Positions 59,435-64,000 of a stretch of 64,000 nt of DNA are shown one piece after another. Every line of letters starts with the position of its first letter. The first letter of the stretch is position 1. Origin of the DNA: the human T2T-CHM13v2.0 reference genome, Homo sapiens; NCBI RefSeq assembly GCF_009914755.1, contig NC_060943.1, one strand, 5' to 3'. The notes beneath the pieces were generated by a model. The model made no database searches, had not been told where the DNA came from, and was given only the letters and a program-made list of their open reading frames with translations. The position numbers were made by a program, and so were the translations under genes.

Positions 59435-60569
59435 GTGGGGGCAGCTCTCGGTTTCTGGCCCCATGGCTGCTTGACTGGCACTGAAGGACCTTTCCTCCAG
59501 TCCGCTCCTTGCTGAGAGCATGTGGAGTTCGGGCTCCAGGCTTGGCCCTTCCCTGGGCTCACATGGTCTGTGACCACAAGCCAGTCCCTGAGATCTCTGG
59601 GCTTCACTTTCCCCTACCTGAAAAAGGTAGATAGGGGTGGAATTGGCCTGGGACCCTCCCAGCTACCTCTAAGGTTGTGCAGTCCTCCACTTTAAACTGG
59701 TGAAAGATTAGTAATTGTCCTTGGGGATGTTTGCCTATCACCAGTTTATCAGGCAGCCCCGTTTCAAAATAATATTAGTTAATGTTGATTGAGCTAAGTG
59801 CAGGGTACTAAGCTAGGCTGACTCATGGAAATTTCCCGGCAACCCTGTGAAGCAGGAACTGTTATTATTCTCATTTAACATGTGAGGAAACTGAGACAGA
59901 GAGAAGGAAAGTGATTTACCCAAGGCCACATCGCGTGAGAGATTCAGACTCAGGCTCTACGGCTGTGGACTCTCGCAGCCCTAGGCTCAAATCCAACCTC
60001 CTCCAGGAAGCCCTCCCTGACTCACAGAGCACTCAGGCTTGGTTAAGCACCCTCTCTGGGTTCTCACACCTGCTGGGCTTCCCCATCCCAGCCCATTCTG
60101 GGGCCTCATTGGGACTCCTGTATGGGACTGTGAGCCTTGTGATAATAAGGCTGGGGCTGCCTAGATCACTTCCATGTCCCCAGCACTGCCCAACGTGGGG
60201 CTGGGTGCAGAATCAGCAAGTATTGAACAAGTAAAAGGGACATCTCTCTTTGGGGCCTTCTTCGGCTGAGTCCAAGACAGCTGCCCTCATTCCTTTCTCC
60301 CCAGCAGGCCTTCTCAGCTTTGGGGTGGAGGGCACATTTCTGTTCTATTTCTGTCTGGGTAGCTAGAAGCAGAATGTGGACACAGTCATTCTGGTTTTGT
60401 TTTTTGTTTTTTGTTTTTTTTTGAGACAGCGTCTCGCTCTGTCACCCAGTCTGGAGGGCAGTGGCGCAACCTTGGCTCACTGCAACTTCACCTCCCAGGT
60501 TCAAGCGATTCTCATGTGCCAGCCTCCTGAGTAGCTGGGACTAAGGCACACATGATCACACCCAGCTAA

Positions 60570-61012
<443 letters not shown>

Positions 61013-62182
61013 TGAGAGGTGACTCCCACAGAGACCTCAAGCCCAGCCCCCAGGCCTTGCCACGAGATCCAAGGAAGGACCAGGGCCTGGCAGGCCCAGC
61101 AGGGGGATCTGCTTCCAAGGGCTTGGATCTAAGTCGAAGCTTCAGGGTGGGGTCCAAGTGGACTTAAAAGGCAGGAGAGCTGGGCACAGTGGCATGTGCC
61201 TGTAGGCACAGCTACTCAGGAGGCTGAGGTGGGAGAATGGCCAGAGCCCAGGAGTTTAAGACTGTAGTGTGCCATGATCGCAACTGCAAATAGCCAGTGC
61301 ACTCCAGCCTGGGCAACACAGGAAGACCCCATCTCTAAAAAAGATAGGGAGAGTGAGGAGAACACAATGTGGCCAACTGAATTCGAGCTCTGCACAAGGA
61401 TCAGAGAGGTTCAGTGCTCGCCTTTGTCTCCACCCAGTGCCCCTGGACAACTTGCCTCCCTTCTTGAAGCCTCAGTTTCCTCATCTGGATCAAGTGAGAA
61501 TAGTCCCCCTTCCCTGGGAGGCAAGGAGACTTGATGAGATAATGAGGAAGACTTGGGCAGAGAGGGGCCAGCTGGAGGTAGCAGGGAGTAGCACCCAGGA
61601 GCCCACAGACTGGGTTTCCGTCTGCGTACTTGCCACACACTATGTGACCCCTTGGCATGAGCCCCGTTTGCCTCATCTGCAAAATGGGGTGGTAACATGA
61701 CCCATTGCATAAGGTTGACATGTTATATGTGTGTTAACTCGTTAGATTAGGAAGCTGTTGTCTGAAGTGCCCAGGGCAGGGTCTGGCCCATAGTAGGAGC
61801 TCCATGTCGGTCAGCTGCTTCTTCCTGTTGAGTGAGCTTAACGAGAGCTCGTTGACTGAGCTGTGTGCCAGTGCTCCAGGTAGTCCCTGCAGTGGTGCCC
61901 TCGGGTCAGTGCTGTGGGAACTTCGCATCCTCTAGGTGGGGCCCTGAGGCTCAGAGAGAAGCTGAGCTCACACGGCCATGGCAGGTAGAGCGGGCGTCTG
62001 AGTCTGTCTGACTCCAGCATTTACCTCTCTGCCACCCAGCTACATGCCCCACCCTGAGTACTCAGTAAATGGCCAGAGAGTTGAGGGGGAGGAAACTGCT
62101 GCAGATGGGTGCCAGGCAGGGCTTTAACGTTTCCCTCACCCCAGTTGCCCAGCCTGCCCACCTGACCTTCCGTCTTTTGCAG

Positions 62183-62300
62183 AGCGTCCAGCAGAACGGC
62201 TCCATCTACATCCACGTTTACTTCACCAAGAGTGGCTTCCACCCAGACCCCCGGCAGAAGGCCCTGTACCGCCGGCTTGCCACAGTCCACATGTCCCGGA
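62183..62300 (+). CDS. CLPTM1: CLPTM1 exon 5 (gene continues beyond the window)
   Basis: Encodes SVQQNGSIYIHVYFTKSGFHPDPRQKALYRRLATVHMSR; donor a|gtaagt. Confidence 0.95.
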
Positions 62301-62811
62301 GTAAGTCGCTCCCCTGCAGCCAGGACCCACTGTCCAGGAGGCCAGCATCCTGGGAGCCCCCAGGCTAATGTGGCGGACAAATCCCAAGTCCAGGAGGGCA
62401 GGCAGGAAGCCTGTGCTCAAAGAGGGTGGGATTGGCAGGGCAGGCTCAAGCCCCACCCAGCCTGAAAGAGCCCTGTGGACACTAAGCAGGGATACCCACG
62501 GAGGAAGGGAGACCCACGGAGGCTCAGGGACCAGAGAGAAATTGGCCAGAAAAAGCAGCTGGAGACAGGGACTCTTGGAGAGGAGGAGACGTCCTTCACC
62601 AAGGGGGAAGGGCCAGGGTTGACTTTTGCACAGTAGGGGCCTGATAGAAGTAGACACTCAAAAATAATTTGTGGGCTGGGTGCAGTGGTTCATGCCTGTA
62701 ATCCTAGCACTTTGGGAGACAAGGTGGGCAGATTGCTTGAGCCCAGGAGTTTGAGACCAGCCTGGGAAACATGACAAAACCCTGTCTCTACCAAAAAAGA
62801 CACAAAAACTA

Positions 62812-63273
<462 letters not shown>

Positions 63274-63276
63274 TCA

Positions 63277-63760
<484 letters not shown>

Positions 63761-64000
63761 TGTCCGTCCTCTTGTTTTCGAGAGGTTAATAATTGTTGTC
63801 ATCTTTCTGCTTGCCTGGCTCTTTTTTTTTTTTTTTTTGAGACAGGGTCTCACTATGTCGCCCAGGCTGGAGTGCAGTGGACTATCTCAGCTCACCACAA
63901 TTTCCACCTCCCAAGTTCAAGCGATTCTCCCACCTTAGCCTCCAAAATAGCTGGGACTACAGGCACACGCCACTACGCCCGGCTAGTTTTTGTATTTTTA

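Overview
Human (hominid) genomic DNA from the chr19q13.32 apolipoprotein cluster; all genes are on the + strand. In order: the 3' half of APOC1 (exons 3-4), hepatic control region HCR.1, multienhancer ME.2, the pseudogene APOC1P1, HCR.2, the complete APOC4 and APOC2 genes, then the CpG-island promoter and coding exons 1-5 of CLPTM1. About 1-9.4 kb and 12-21 kb are the two copies of an ~11.6-11.8 kb tandem duplication (ME-APOC1-HCR unit). The window is saturated with Alus, and almost every ORF in the supplied track is Alu- or repeat-derived noise. This is a well-studied locus and I see no wholly new biological system. The most noteworthy observations are: a very young, ~100-bp L1HS insertion ~850 bp upstream of APOC4 (possibly polymorphic); a copy-specific SVA between APOC1 and HCR.1; a strongly non-synonymous divergence of the APOC1P1 coding exon, inactivated by a single stop codon; a chimeric Alu at the probable duplication junction; an in-frame APOC4-APOC2 fusion splice; and several repair-type scars inside repeats. 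All counts were made by eye, and names or rsIDs recalled from memory need database confirmation.
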